The position numbers were made by a program, and so were the translations under genes. From the NCBI GenBank assembly GCA_050179755.1, contig JBFXEV010000001.1:201994-265993 (forward strand): a stretch of DNA of 64,000 nt. The letters run 5' to 3'. Shown piece by piece: positions 48,502 to 57,502 of this stretch; positions within the stretch are counted from its first letter, which is position 1, and every line of letters starts with the position of its first letter. Below the pieces are notes generated by a model that ran no database searches, was not told where the DNA came from, and saw only the letters and a program-made list of their open reading frames with translations. The DNA comes from Candidatus Babeliales bacterium. Lineage in GTDB: Bacteria > Babelota > Babeliae > Babelales > JBFXEV01.

Positions 48502-49881
48502 ATGAAACGGTATTTTTTAATCTCTAGCTGCCTAACTTTAATGCCAAATTTTTGCTTTGCTATGGAGCAAAAACCTCTGATAGAACTTACAAGCATGCAC
48601 CAGCAAGCATATCCTGCTCAACGCGATCTACTTTGGGATTTTGCAAAAATAGGCCATCTCATGCGCACAGCGCCTAAAGATCTATGCATTACAGGCGCAA
48701 GTAAAGAAGGTAAAACCGAAGCTTCTAAAGCAAAACTGCAACAAGCTTTTTTAAGCATACTTGGCTCAGTGCATGTAACTGCTCAAAATGACGATACACG
48801 CGTTAAACTTGATCTTACGCAACTTGACGCATTTTGCACACTCGTGCAACAACTAAGAAAAGATGCAAAAGCTGAGCAGCATGCTTGCCTTGATGAGCAA
48901 CTTGCAACGCTTGAGCAAACACCGCCAGAAAAAATATTCATTCGAGGACTTCCTTACCAAAAAAGAGAATTACAAATTGATATAGCTTCACGCTTGTGCA
49001 CGCTACCGAAAGCCATCGCCATTGATAAAAATGGCGTAGTTACTCTTGAAGGTCCATTAATAGATGCATTTGTATATAATGCTGAAGGTTTAATCTTACA
49101 AGATAAACGCCGAGCACTAACCAAAACGGAACAAATCATTGATAACTTTGAGGCTCTTGATAAAGTTTTAGATGGTATGCCAATGCCAGAATGGCCATTG
49201 GTAGAAGCTTGCCAGCCACACTATCATGAAGCATATATGTTGTTCTATCTGAGCAAGGGATGTTCGGTGACTACTTGGGGGCCAGATGGACTTACTCCAC
49301 CCTTAATTGCTCTTGCACATGCTGCAGAACTTCAACCATCACAACGCGCAAAGGCAAAGTTTATAGCATTATTAAAAGCAGGTGCTGACCCTAATCGAAA
49401 AATTCATGACCAAGGCTCTCCGCTACATTTTCTCAAAAAAGCTGATACCGATTCACGCAAAAAAAAGTATCCAAATTCCATACGTATAGGTATTGAACTT
49501 CTTGAAGCAGCAATAGATCCTGCAAAAAGAAATAATATGCCGCTCAATGAATATCTTGAATGTATGGAAAAAAGAGATGACCCAATAGACGAAAACCCAG
49601 AACAAAAATCTACTGAACCACAAATAGCCGAACTTATGAAAATACGCACTGCAACAAAAAAATATTGTGAAGAGGTGGAAAAGCATGTAAAAAGCGCAGC
49701 TGAATCACCGGATCGCTGGAAACAGCGTGTGCCAACACTATATGAACAGCAGTTGCAACGCTTACTTACAGAAATTCGCAAATTAGATGATCAGCTAAAC
49801 AAGATAGATCCCACTGGTGTAAGAAATACCATTGAATTTATAAATCGTTGGGGAGCTTTCATTGAGAGCAATGAAAAATAG
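48502..49881 (+). CDS. Secreted protein with ankyrin-like region, paralog family E
   Basis: ...CFAMEQ; LLKAGADPN..GSPLH; N-domain LLWDFAKIGHL. Confidence 0.7.
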   Translation: MKRYFLISSCLTLMPNFCFAMEQKPLIELTSMHQQAYPAQRDLLWDFAKIGHLMRTAPKDLCITGASKEGKTEASKAKLQQAFLSILGSVHVTAQNDDTRVKLDLTQLDAFCTLVQQLRKDAKAEQHACLDEQLATLEQTPPEKIFIRGLPYQKRELQIDIASRLCTLPKAIAIDKNGVVTLEGPLIDAFVYNAEGLILQDKRRALTKTEQIIDNFEALDKVLDGMPMPEWPLVEACQPHYHEAYMLFYLSKGCSVTTWGPDGLTPPLIALAHAAELQPSQRAKAKFIALLKAGADPNRKIHDQGSPLHFLKKADTDSRKKKYPNSIRIGIELLEAAIDPAKRNNMPLNEYLECMEKRDDPIDENPEQKSTEPQIAELMKIRTATKKYCEEVEKHVKSAAESPDRWKQRVPTLYEQQLQRLLTEIRKLDDQLNKIDPTGVRNTIEFINRWGAFIESNEK

Positions 49882-49896
49882 CAAAAGGAAATTATC

Positions 49897-50508
49897 ATGC
49901 ATTATTCTAAATTATTATTTTTTATTGTTTCATGCACCACAGCACATGCTCTCTGCATGGATCCGACTCCGCCAATCTGCCTGCAGGCACAGGGGCTATA
50001 TCGTGATATTCCAGACCACGCCATAGCTCCAACGGAGCAAAGGCGGGTGGATAAAGAAAGCAAAGAGCTAAGCTTAAAATGGGCGTTTGCCAAAATAAGT
50101 CATCTGCAAAATGCTGCAGCACAAGAAGTACAATTAATCGGTGTTTCTAAAGAACTGCAAACAACCCAAACAAAAGCTGGTATACAAGATGCATTGTTGC
50201 AAGCGATAAATGCTGTAGATCTCAGGCAAACACCGTTCCCGCAAGACCCGTGCCACCCGCACGTGTGCATTTCACTTGAAGCACTCAAACCACTAGCGGC
50301 TGTAATAACTAAATTACAAAAAACCGAAGCAGAACTTCAACGGCGCAAACTGCAAAAAGATTTCGAACAAAGATTTTGGGTTTCTATTTATGGGCTATTA
50401 GAAATGTATGGCCCTGCTCGCGCACAAGCGTTTTACGATCAATTGGAATCAGATAAAACAATCCAAAAATGTGGTTTAAAAATTCCTGTATACAGATACT
50501 CTTATTAA
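49897..50508 (+). CDS. Secreted hypothetical protein, paralog family E
   Basis: ...ALCMD; LKWAFAKISHL, LIGVSKE..TKAGIQDALL. Confidence 0.65.
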   Translation: MHYSKLLFFIVSCTTAHALCMDPTPPICLQAQGLYRDIPDHAIAPTEQRRVDKESKELSLKWAFAKISHLQNAAAQEVQLIGVSKELQTTQTKAGIQDALLQAINAVDLRQTPFPQDPCHPHVCISLEALKPLAAVITKLQKTEAELQRRKLQKDFEQRFWVSIYGLLEMYGPARAQAFYDQLESDKTIQKCGLKIPVYRYSY

Positions 50509-50547
50509 CAGCAACTAGATTTCAGATAAAGTAAAACAACAAACTTT

Positions 50548-51000
50548 TTAGGGGTTATTACGAATACCAAATTCGCTAATCAACACACCAAGCGGATACG
50601 GAACATATGCTCTTACTAGTACTGAAAAACAATTGCCCCAAAACGTACGCCGATTTTCAATATTCAACATTTTATCGGTCCATTGTGGCAATTTATAGAA
50701 TAAATATATTGTTAAAAGGCTCTGTAGCCATTTTGTAAGCTTTTTGTCCGATGCATCTATATCTGTGCGTTTGTAAAAATCTTTTGATGCATCATGTGCA
50801 AGATTTAGCCCAAGTAGCAACGCATAATTAGTTACCAGATGTGCGCTATAATATTTTAGGCCTGAAACTTCTTGCTTTTCTAGATTAGATACTTCATTTT
50901 GACCACTTTTTTCCTCACCCATAGGCAGTGTATCTTGCTCCATGCAATACTGCCGTGCAGGCATAAGCATCGCGAGCATTAAAAAAATTGTTTTATACAT
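50548..51000 (-). CDS. Secreted or membrane hypothetical protein
   Basis: AAGG RBS; signal peptide ...QYCMEQ. Confidence 0.6.
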   Translation of the reverse strand: MYKTIFLMLAMLMPARQYCMEQDTLPMGEEKSGQNEVSNLEKQEVSGLKYYSAHLVTNYALLLGLNLAHDASKDFYKRTDIDASDKKLTKWLQSLLTIYLFYKLPQWTDKMLNIENRRTFWGNCFSVLVRAYVPYPLGVLISEFGIRNNP

Positions 51001-51100
51001 AGTTACCTTTCTTATGAAACACACTATAAGATTTTTGCGCATTCATCGATCCAATCGCCCTTTTGCACGGTATTTTAAATATCAAAAAAACATTATACGA

Positions 51101-51433
51101 TCAAAGCAAATGAGTATCTCTCAAGCCATAGGGGAAAAAACTTAAGTATTTATGGATAAGTTCAAAAAAAATCTCGCCGTTAAAGGGATTAAAATTTTCT
51201 TTATAAAACTCCATGAAATAATGCTCGGTTAATTTAAGCTCACGTTCAATATCTAAATAATACAATTCACAACATTCTTGAGCTATTATAATCAATGCTC
51301 TAAAATCATCCTTTTTATGCTTAATCACTTCTCGACGCTTTTGAAGTCCTTCGCCATTCCCAATCTGGTGCACATATCTACTAAAAAGACAGGCATCAAT
51401 ATAGCTTAAAAGAATATCATAATAATTTGCCAC
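51101..51433 (-). CDS. Hypothetical protein, possibly a fragment
   Basis: 110-aa AT-rich ORF, no recognisable motif. Confidence 0.3.
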   Translation of the reverse strand: MANYYDILLSYIDACLFSRYVHQIGNGEGLQKRREVIKHKKDDFRALIIIAQECCELYYLDIERELKLTEHYFMEFYKENFNPFNGEIFFELIHKYLSFFPYGLRDTHLL

Positions 51434-51742
51434 TTTAAAAGAAAAATCATATGGTTCCGGTGAAAATATCTCTCAACCAGAAGTCAGCTGACTTCCTAAA
51501 TATTATTGGAGAATTGCGACCAGGAGAGGGCTTAGAGCCTTATTTGATATTAACAAGAAAAGCCATATTGGTCAATCTAAAATGAGCGTTCCAGACGCCC
51601 TCCTAGTTTACCCAGGGAAAAGAAAGCCGAGCACGCAAAAACCTGCTAAATACAGGATTTCCAAGATTTTATTGCACATTTTCTTGACAATTAAGCTATG
51701 AACAGATACATTTTTACTACTTATGTTATAAACTATAAGTGA

Positions 51743-51818
51743 GAGCCGGTAGCTCAGTCGGTAGAGCGGCAGCCTTTTAAGCTGTAGGTCGTTGGTTCGA
51801 GCCCAACCCGGCTCACCA
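51743..51818 (+). tRNA. tRNA-Lys(UUU)
   Basis: GAGCCGG/CCGGCTC acceptor stem, anticodon loop CTTTTAA, GGTTCGA, CCA end. Confidence 0.97.
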
Positions 51819-51945
51819 GTCATTTGCCAAAGCCAATCAGTAAAAGCCTGATTCTGGTGGGAGAATATGATCGGAAAACGTGTTGATCACGCCGAGCAAA
51901 TGACCGGCAAGCCAGTGGTATGTAATGAAAAAGATTAAGCCTTCA

Positions 51946-51971
51946 CTGCTCATCCTGAGCTTGTCGAAGGA
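51946..51971 (+). repeat. REP-like repeat family A
   Basis: ctgctcatcctgagcttgtcgaagga. Confidence 0.85.
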
Positions 51972-51978
51972 TTGAAAT

Positions 51979-52056
51979 GTCCCCGTCGTCTAGCCCGGTC
52001 TAGGACGTCGCCCTTTCACGGCGAAAACAGGGGTTCGAATCCCCTCGGGGACGCCA
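51979..52056 (+). tRNA. tRNA-Glu(UUC)
   Basis: GTCCCCG/CGGGGAC acceptor stem, anticodon loop CTTTCAC, GGTTCGAATCC, CCA end. Confidence 0.97.
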
Positions 52057-52070
52057 TACTTCGCTTCTTT

Positions 52071-52096
52071 CCGCTCATCCTGAGCTTGTCGAAGGA
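52071..52096 (+). repeat. REP-like repeat family A
   Basis: ccgctcatcctgagcttgtcgaagga. Confidence 0.85.
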
Positions 52097-52248
52097 CGTA
52101 AGGCTCCGCCACTTTCTTATGGATTTAACCCTCAATTACAATTTAAACAATAAAGTGGAAAAGCGAAGTACAGTTCTTCGAAGCTCCGCAGGAGCGTAGT
52201 AGAACAGTCTTCCAACACATTTTCATACATTTATAGATCTTATTTTAT

Positions 52249-52795
52249 GATCGCATTATTAATGCCCAGCGCATGAGAAATATTATCAAACGAGACAAGC
52301 TTGATCAGTTACTAGTAGCAGATAAATGCCTCTGCGATCAAAATGGTTTCCTAGAAGTATTATCACAAAAAGCTTCTCTTGGGCATGGCAAAAATACGCT
52401 TTCTCTCGCTGAAGTACAACAACTAATCCACCTTGCACAAGCAACTGGTTTTAGAGATTGGCGAAGCAACGTAAGGCGCAATGAAGATGGCAAATTAGTC
52501 TTTTTTGATACTGAAAACAACTCCTTTGCCATTGGTATGTATCGTGGAGTAAAAGGAGTAGCCAGCGCACTGTCCGTTTAACTTTGTTGTATCGTTAATG
52601 GTTTTTGAAGGCAATATGGAACCAGACGCTAGAAAACTTTTCCATGAAAAAATTAATTTATTGCTCAATACAGAAGTTGGCAAAGCAGACGCTCCTATTT
52701 TACCAAATAATCCAGCCTTTGATGACGCAGATATTGATTTTGTAAAATTAAAAAAAGAACTTAAACGGTGTCAAGAAAGGTATCAAGATTCGTAA
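52249..52795 (+). pseudogene. 5'-truncated, frameshifted kinase-like gene
   Basis: GFRDWRSNV...KLVFFDTE resembles a kinase catalytic loop and DFG equivalent; split into two ORFs. Confidence 0.45.
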
Positions 52796-52885
52796 TCCAA
52801 TACTCTTGAAACAGCTTATTTGGTCCTTAAATCAGAGCAATGCTAATTAAAGGACGCCATACTTCGCGCTGATGTTCTCAATAAT

Positions 52886-53683
52886 ATGAATAGATATAAA
52901 AAAACATCATCACCCATTATTGGGCCATTGCTTGATGCCGCTCGGCTGAACAGTTCCGTAACAATCGATAATACACATTATCCATTCTGCGTGCCCATTA
53001 TTAAAAACTTGCAAGAGTTATCATTCCCCTCTCAAGTCACCTTTTTTATTGGTGAAAATGGTACAGGCAAATCAACCTTGCTTGAGGCCATTGCATACCA
53101 TGCAGGATTTGGTGCAGAAGGTGGCAGCAAGAACATAGCTTTTAAAACATCTGGAAACGAAGTATATTCTGGCACTCAGAATCTTTCTGATCACTTAACA
53201 CTTTCATGGCGGCAAAAACCAAAAGATGGTTATTTTTTTAGGGCAGAAAGTTTCTATAACGTTGCAAACTATATTGATTATCTTCAAAAAGAATGTGGTG
53301 GCGCGGCGTATGATGCCTATGGTGGCAAATCACTCCACGCCCAATCGCATGGTGAAAGCTTTTTATCTTTCTTTAAAAATAGAGTGGGCAAGGGTGGCTT
53401 CTTTATACTAGATGAGCCTGAAGCTGCGCTTTCACCACAGCGACAACTCGCTTTGCTTATCATAATTAATGAATTAACAAAACACAGTAATACGCAGTTT
53501 ATTATTGCAACCCATTCACCGATATTACTTGCTTATCCACAATCAACTATTTACTCTTGTGATGATACTACTTTAAAAACAATTGAATATACAGATACGC
53601 CACATTATCAGATCACCAAAGACTTTTTAAATAACCCAGCATATTATCTTGAAACCCTGTTTAAAGAAGATCATGAAATATAA
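52886..53683 (+). CDS. Predicted ABC/AAA ATPase (COG3910-like)
   Basis: GENGTGKST, FFRAESF, QSHGESFL, LDEPEAALSP, IIATHSP. Confidence 0.9.
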   Translation: MNRYKKTSSPIIGPLLDAARLNSSVTIDNTHYPFCVPIIKNLQELSFPSQVTFFIGENGTGKSTLLEAIAYHAGFGAEGGSKNIAFKTSGNEVYSGTQNLSDHLTLSWRQKPKDGYFFRAESFYNVANYIDYLQKECGGAAYDAYGGKSLHAQSHGESFLSFFKNRVGKGGFFILDEPEAALSPQRQLALLIIINELTKHSNTQFIIATHSPILLAYPQSTIYSCDDTTLKTIEYTDTPHYQITKDFLNNPAYYLETLFKEDHEI

Positions 53684-54173
53684 AATTACTATGGTGCTTG
53701 CCCTCTTTCTCCCTGCATTGCATGCAAGCCCCATTTATAAACATCTCGTTATTGATACTGGTCTTTTTTATAATGAGACAAAAATCGGGTGTTCTATTGA
53801 TAACACTGAAGTTGGCTTTCTTAAATATACCAAAGCACCATTTCTCTCTTATTATGTTTTACATACTTTGTATGTGCATCCAGAGTATCGCAAACAAGGT
53901 TACGGCACACAGTTGCTTGCGTATGCATGCGACTATTTAAAGGCGCTAGGCGCGCAGAAAATTTATGTGCAACCAGGGCCTTTTGAAATAGTCCCAGATG
54001 GTAATATTTTTAAGACAGAAGATGTTTCAGGAGAAAAGCTGAAAGCACTTGTTTCCTTTTACCAAAAAAATGGATTTACAAAAGCACACGCCGCATTAAT
54101 GTGTTGCGCGCTCATGGCATATTATTGCATAAGCTTAGATGAAGATGCAAACTATTTGATGGTAAAAATCTAA
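53673..54173 (+). CDS. Secreted GNAT acetyltransferase
   Basis: Signal peptide; LYVHPEYRKQGYG; FYQKNGF. Confidence 0.85.
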   Translation: MKYKITMVLALFLPALHASPIYKHLVIDTGLFYNETKIGCSIDNTEVGFLKYTKAPFLSYYVLHTLYVHPEYRKQGYGTQLLAYACDYLKALGAQKIYVQPGPFEIVPDGNIFKTEDVSGEKLKALVSFYQKNGFTKAHAALMCCALMAYYCISLDEDANYLMVKI

Positions 54174-54238
54174 AAAATTCGGGCATAAGCGGTGCCAACC
54201 CCGAGCTTGACGGCATGTGTGCACAAGCAGGCATGATG

Positions 54239-54847
54239 CTATTGCTGCTGATTTGTAAGAGTATAATGCAATTGTGTTAATGCTTCTTTTTCAAGCGTAA
54301 ACCGCCATAAACAATCTTGTGCTTTACTAATACCAATACGTGGTGTTGCAATAACATCTTGCGCAGGAATTTCTGTACCTTCAATAACATAAAGTGCACC
54401 CTTTTTGGTCACATCAATATGATTATCAGCTAAGTTCAAATGCAACGCTTGGCCTATTTTGCCTGGACCGTTCGTGAGCTGAGAAACAACGTCAATTTGC
54501 CGCAACTTTTGCATGTGTTCAACACCCTCAAAAGGGATAAGCGCACGTAAAAGAACTCCACCAGCCTCTACGCCTTTCTCTTTTGCCACCAAATTTAAGC
54601 AATGGTGATTGCCATAGATAAAATAAACATAACTATGCCCTGGCTCACCAAACATTGCTTTATTGCGTGGTGTTTGACCTTTATAAGCATGGCTTGCAGC
54701 GTCAATAAGCCCGCAATACGCTTCTGTTTCCACAATAATGCCCGAGAGAACTTGGCCGTTCCATATTCGCACCAGGCGTTTGCCCAAAAGTTCTCGTGCT
54801 ACGTGCACCGTAGAGCGCATGTAAAATGATCGTTTAAGTATATTCAT
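54239..54847 (-). CDS. mpg: DNA-3-methyladenine glycosylase (AAG/MPG)
   Basis: IVETEAY, YVYFIYGNH, GVLLRA, NGPGK, PRIGI. Confidence 0.95.
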   Translation of the reverse strand: MNILKRSFYMRSTVHVARELLGKRLVRIWNGQVLSGIIVETEAYCGLIDAASHAYKGQTPRNKAMFGEPGHSYVYFIYGNHHCLNLVAKEKGVEAGGVLLRALIPFEGVEHMQKLRQIDVVSQLTNGPGKIGQALHLNLADNHIDVTKKGALYVIEGTEIPAQDVIATPRIGISKAQDCLWRFTLEKEALTQLHYTLTNQQQ

Positions 54848-55013
54848 ATCTACTATAGTGCTAGAAAAAAGGCTTTGAATCAAGGTTTTCTGGCCTTTGT
54901 GTTAATTAATGCTATACTTAACTTCAAAGTGTACATTGTTCTAACAAAAAGGGAGTTATATACCTGCTTTAGGCTTGATGCCAATCAGTTCTAAGGTAAC
55001 GAAAGGTTCAGCT

Positions 55014-55511
55014 ATGTTTACTCCAAAAAAATATCTCTTATTAATGCTTTGCAACATAACCATATCTGCTCATGCATTATCACTCTATGATCTTGAAAAA
55101 CGGCCTAGTTTAATTATTACGGGCATTAAAATCCTTCACAACGGCACAAAAATTATTGTGGGCATTGGAGACATCACCAAAATTGAGCATGTTGATGGTA
55201 TTGTTAATGCAGCACATGATCGCTTGATTTTTGACAATGCCATGGCAGGTTCTCTTGCGCTAGACTTATGCAAAGACGATGTTGAGCAAACAGATAATGA
55301 AGCACATGCAGTTATTGCTAAAACATTAGTTGATACATTAAAAACTGATACACGATTGAATGCCCTCAAAGAAGTTGTTCTGGTGATACCGCATCAACCA
55401 AATGCACAGTGTATTGCACAACAATGGCTTGCGTATGTTAACGAAGCTATCCATAATGATCCAAGCTATCAAACATTAGTCGGTTCAGGGCGTACACACC
55501 AAAATATATAA
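55014..55511 (+). CDS. Secreted Macro-domain protein with internal deletion
   Basis: IIVGIGDITKIEHVDGIVNAAH; lacks the HAVGP and GxF segments present in the 58994 paralog. Confidence 0.6.
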   Translation: MFTPKKYLLLMLCNITISAHALSLYDLEKRPSLIITGIKILHNGTKIIVGIGDITKIEHVDGIVNAAHDRLIFDNAMAGSLALDLCKDDVEQTDNEAHAVIAKTLVDTLKTDTRLNALKEVVLVIPHQPNAQCIAQQWLAYVNEAIHNDPSYQTLVGSGRTHQNI

Positions 55512-55527
55512 ATTAAATACGCTCATA

Positions 55528-55553
55528 TCCTTCGATAAGCTCAGGATGAGCGG
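55528..55553 (-). repeat. REP-like repeat family A
   Basis: tccttcgataagctcaggatgagcgg. Confidence 0.85.
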
Positions 55554-55583
55554 TAAAACAAGAGCTAAGAATAAGTAAATTAC

Positions 55584-56897
55584 ATGTCACAACAACAACA
55601 TAAAATCTCACTCTTCACTGCAATACTTATGAACATCAACATAATGGTTGGTTCTGGAATTCTTTTTGGGCCAGGCATCATTGCAGCAGTGTCTGGCAAT
55701 GCAAGTTTTTTGACTTGGCTCATGGTAGCCTTTATTTTCTTACCTATCGTGCTGTGCACGGTTGAATTAAGCCGCATGTTCCCCGGCGCTGGTGGTTTTT
55801 ATGCATATGCCAAAGAAGGGCTTGGCATGCGTGCCGGCTATTGGGCCGGATGGATATATATAGTGGGCTACACGTTTGCTGCTGCCATGGAAACTCTTGC
55901 TTTGCGTAAAACCCTTATAGAAGCATTTAATCTTAACTGGCCATGGCTAACACAAAACCACATTTACTTTAATCTGCTTGCAGTGATTATTTTTACTGCA
56001 TTGAACTTTTTAAGCTTGCGCATTTTATCTGGCATACTAAATTCCATCACTATTGCAAAAATTATTCCTTTATTAGTGCTTATTGCTCTGATTCCTTTTG
56101 TATTTAATTATAACTTTACCATTACTGGTGGCGAACTTTCTGCATTACCATTATCACTTTCTATGGCAATATTTGGTTATTTTGGCTTTGAATATTGCAG
56201 CTCTATAAGCCATCACATAGAAAATAGCGAGCGTAATGCGCCACTTGCCATTTTAATTGGTTTTTTTGTTACCGCATTACTCTATACCCTCTTTCATTTT
56301 GGAGCGCTTAACATAATGGGCGTAGAAGAGTTAGTGCGCCAAGGTGCTCCTGCATTTGCAGAATTTATAACGCTGCCTATTCCATTTCTTAAAACAGGTT
56401 TAAGTATTTTGATTCCTGCAGCATCTGCTATCACCCTTTTTGGTGCGGCAAACGGTGTATTAAATTCTAATGCAACCATGCTGCATGCCATGGCAGAAAA
56501 AAATGTATTTTATAAATCACGCACACTTACACAGTTAACCACAGCTCATCGTCCTTGGATTATGATTCTGATACAAGCATGCGCTATCTTTGCCATTACC
56601 ACAGGATCTTCACTTATTACTGGTGATCTTAACCGCGCTATTTTGATTGTAAGCAATTTATGCATTATTGGCGTATTTACTTCATTTACGCTTCCTTTTG
56701 CTTCACTCATAGTTATACAACGCAGAAACAAACAGCATAAACATATTGCGCTTACCGTGCTTGGACTTATTGCAGTGGCAGGACTTGCGCTCTATAGCAT
56801 GTATTCACTTGCACCAACCATGCATCAACGCTTGGTACTTTCTTTGCCACTATTGTTGCTTTTTGCACTTGGCGCTGTTATTGCAAAACGTAATTAG
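55584..56897 (+). CDS. APC family amino acid permease
   Basis: MVGSGIL, ELSRMFPGAGGFYAY, FGYFGFE, 12 TM pattern. Confidence 0.92.
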   Translation: MSQQQHKISLFTAILMNINIMVGSGILFGPGIIAAVSGNASFLTWLMVAFIFLPIVLCTVELSRMFPGAGGFYAYAKEGLGMRAGYWAGWIYIVGYTFAAAMETLALRKTLIEAFNLNWPWLTQNHIYFNLLAVIIFTALNFLSLRILSGILNSITIAKIIPLLVLIALIPFVFNYNFTITGGELSALPLSLSMAIFGYFGFEYCSSISHHIENSERNAPLAILIGFFVTALLYTLFHFGALNIMGVEELVRQGAPAFAEFITLPIPFLKTGLSILIPAASAITLFGAANGVLNSNATMLHAMAEKNVFYKSRTLTQLTTAHRPWIMILIQACAIFAITTGSSLITGDLNRAILIVSNLCIIGVFTSFTLPFASLIVIQRRNKQHKHIALTVLGLIAVAGLALYSMYSLAPTMHQRLVLSLPLLLLFALGAVIAKRN

Positions 56898-56936
56898 TTT
56901 TTTAAAATAGTAATTGAACACTTATCAGGAGCACAT

Positions 56937-57149
56937 TTGAAAATAGTTTATAAAAATATTTCACTTGCCGAACTAAATACTATGGCACAAAAGATGTATG
57001 GTGAGCTAGTGAAAGCAAAAGAAAAACGCATAGAATTTGATTCTATGATTAACATAAGACCCTCACAAGGCAATAAAACTCGTGGCGTAGAAAACAAAGA
57101 TTTACAAAAAAAAATTATAATCATCGTTGATAAGTTGGTGTCAGAATGA
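56937..57149 (+). pseudogene. DUF5674-like protein with internal deletion
   Basis: N-terminus ELNTMAQKMYGELVKA joined directly to IEFDSMINIRPSQGNKTRGVE. Confidence 0.55.
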
Positions 57150-57481
57150 TTATTCATAAGAGCTTTGCAGATGGGCGCTGGTATACTTTTTCATTATTTG
57201 ATCAATTAGGCAATGTTGGTACTGATGTTGAAAGAGCAATCAACTGGAAAAAACGCGGTGAAACCGATGACAGCGAAAAAGCACTGGTAAGAGGACTTGA
57301 ATTATTAGATCTTACTATCAAAGATCCCAAAAATAAAAATCGTCGAAAAGAGTTGTTCCGAATTAAAGAAGCTCTTCTTGATTATTTTTATGGAAATAAT
57401 CAATATGGTTTTACCGACGAAGCATGGCAACAATATTTCTATTGTTATGCCTATGCATCTGCCATACAAAAAGGTCGATAA
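57146..57481 (+). CDS. Conserved hypothetical partner of the DUF5674-like gene
   Basis: GRWYTFSLFDQLGNVGTDVERAINW; ATGA coupling. Confidence 0.65.
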   Translation: MIIHKSFADGRWYTFSLFDQLGNVGTDVERAINWKKRGETDDSEKALVRGLELLDLTIKDPKNKNRRKELFRIKEALLDYFYGNNQYGFTDEAWQQYFYCYAYASAIQKGR

Positions 57482-57502
57482 GAAACAAATCAATTTAAAA
57501 AT

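Larger units (their letters stand above)
52049..52867. mobile_element. Decayed tRNA-Glu-integrated islet bounded by 16-bp direct repeats
   Basis: GGACGCCATACTTCGC at 52049-52064 (tRNA 3' end) and 52852-52867. Confidence 0.6.

Noticed and set aside
51608..52199. ORFs 51608-51823 and 51972-52199
   Set aside because: They overlap tRNA-Lys, tRNA-Glu and REP copies; spurious
15451..55553. 26-bp repeats as a CRISPR array
   Set aside because: Copies are dispersed over 40 kb in both orientations, with no regular spacers and no cas genes
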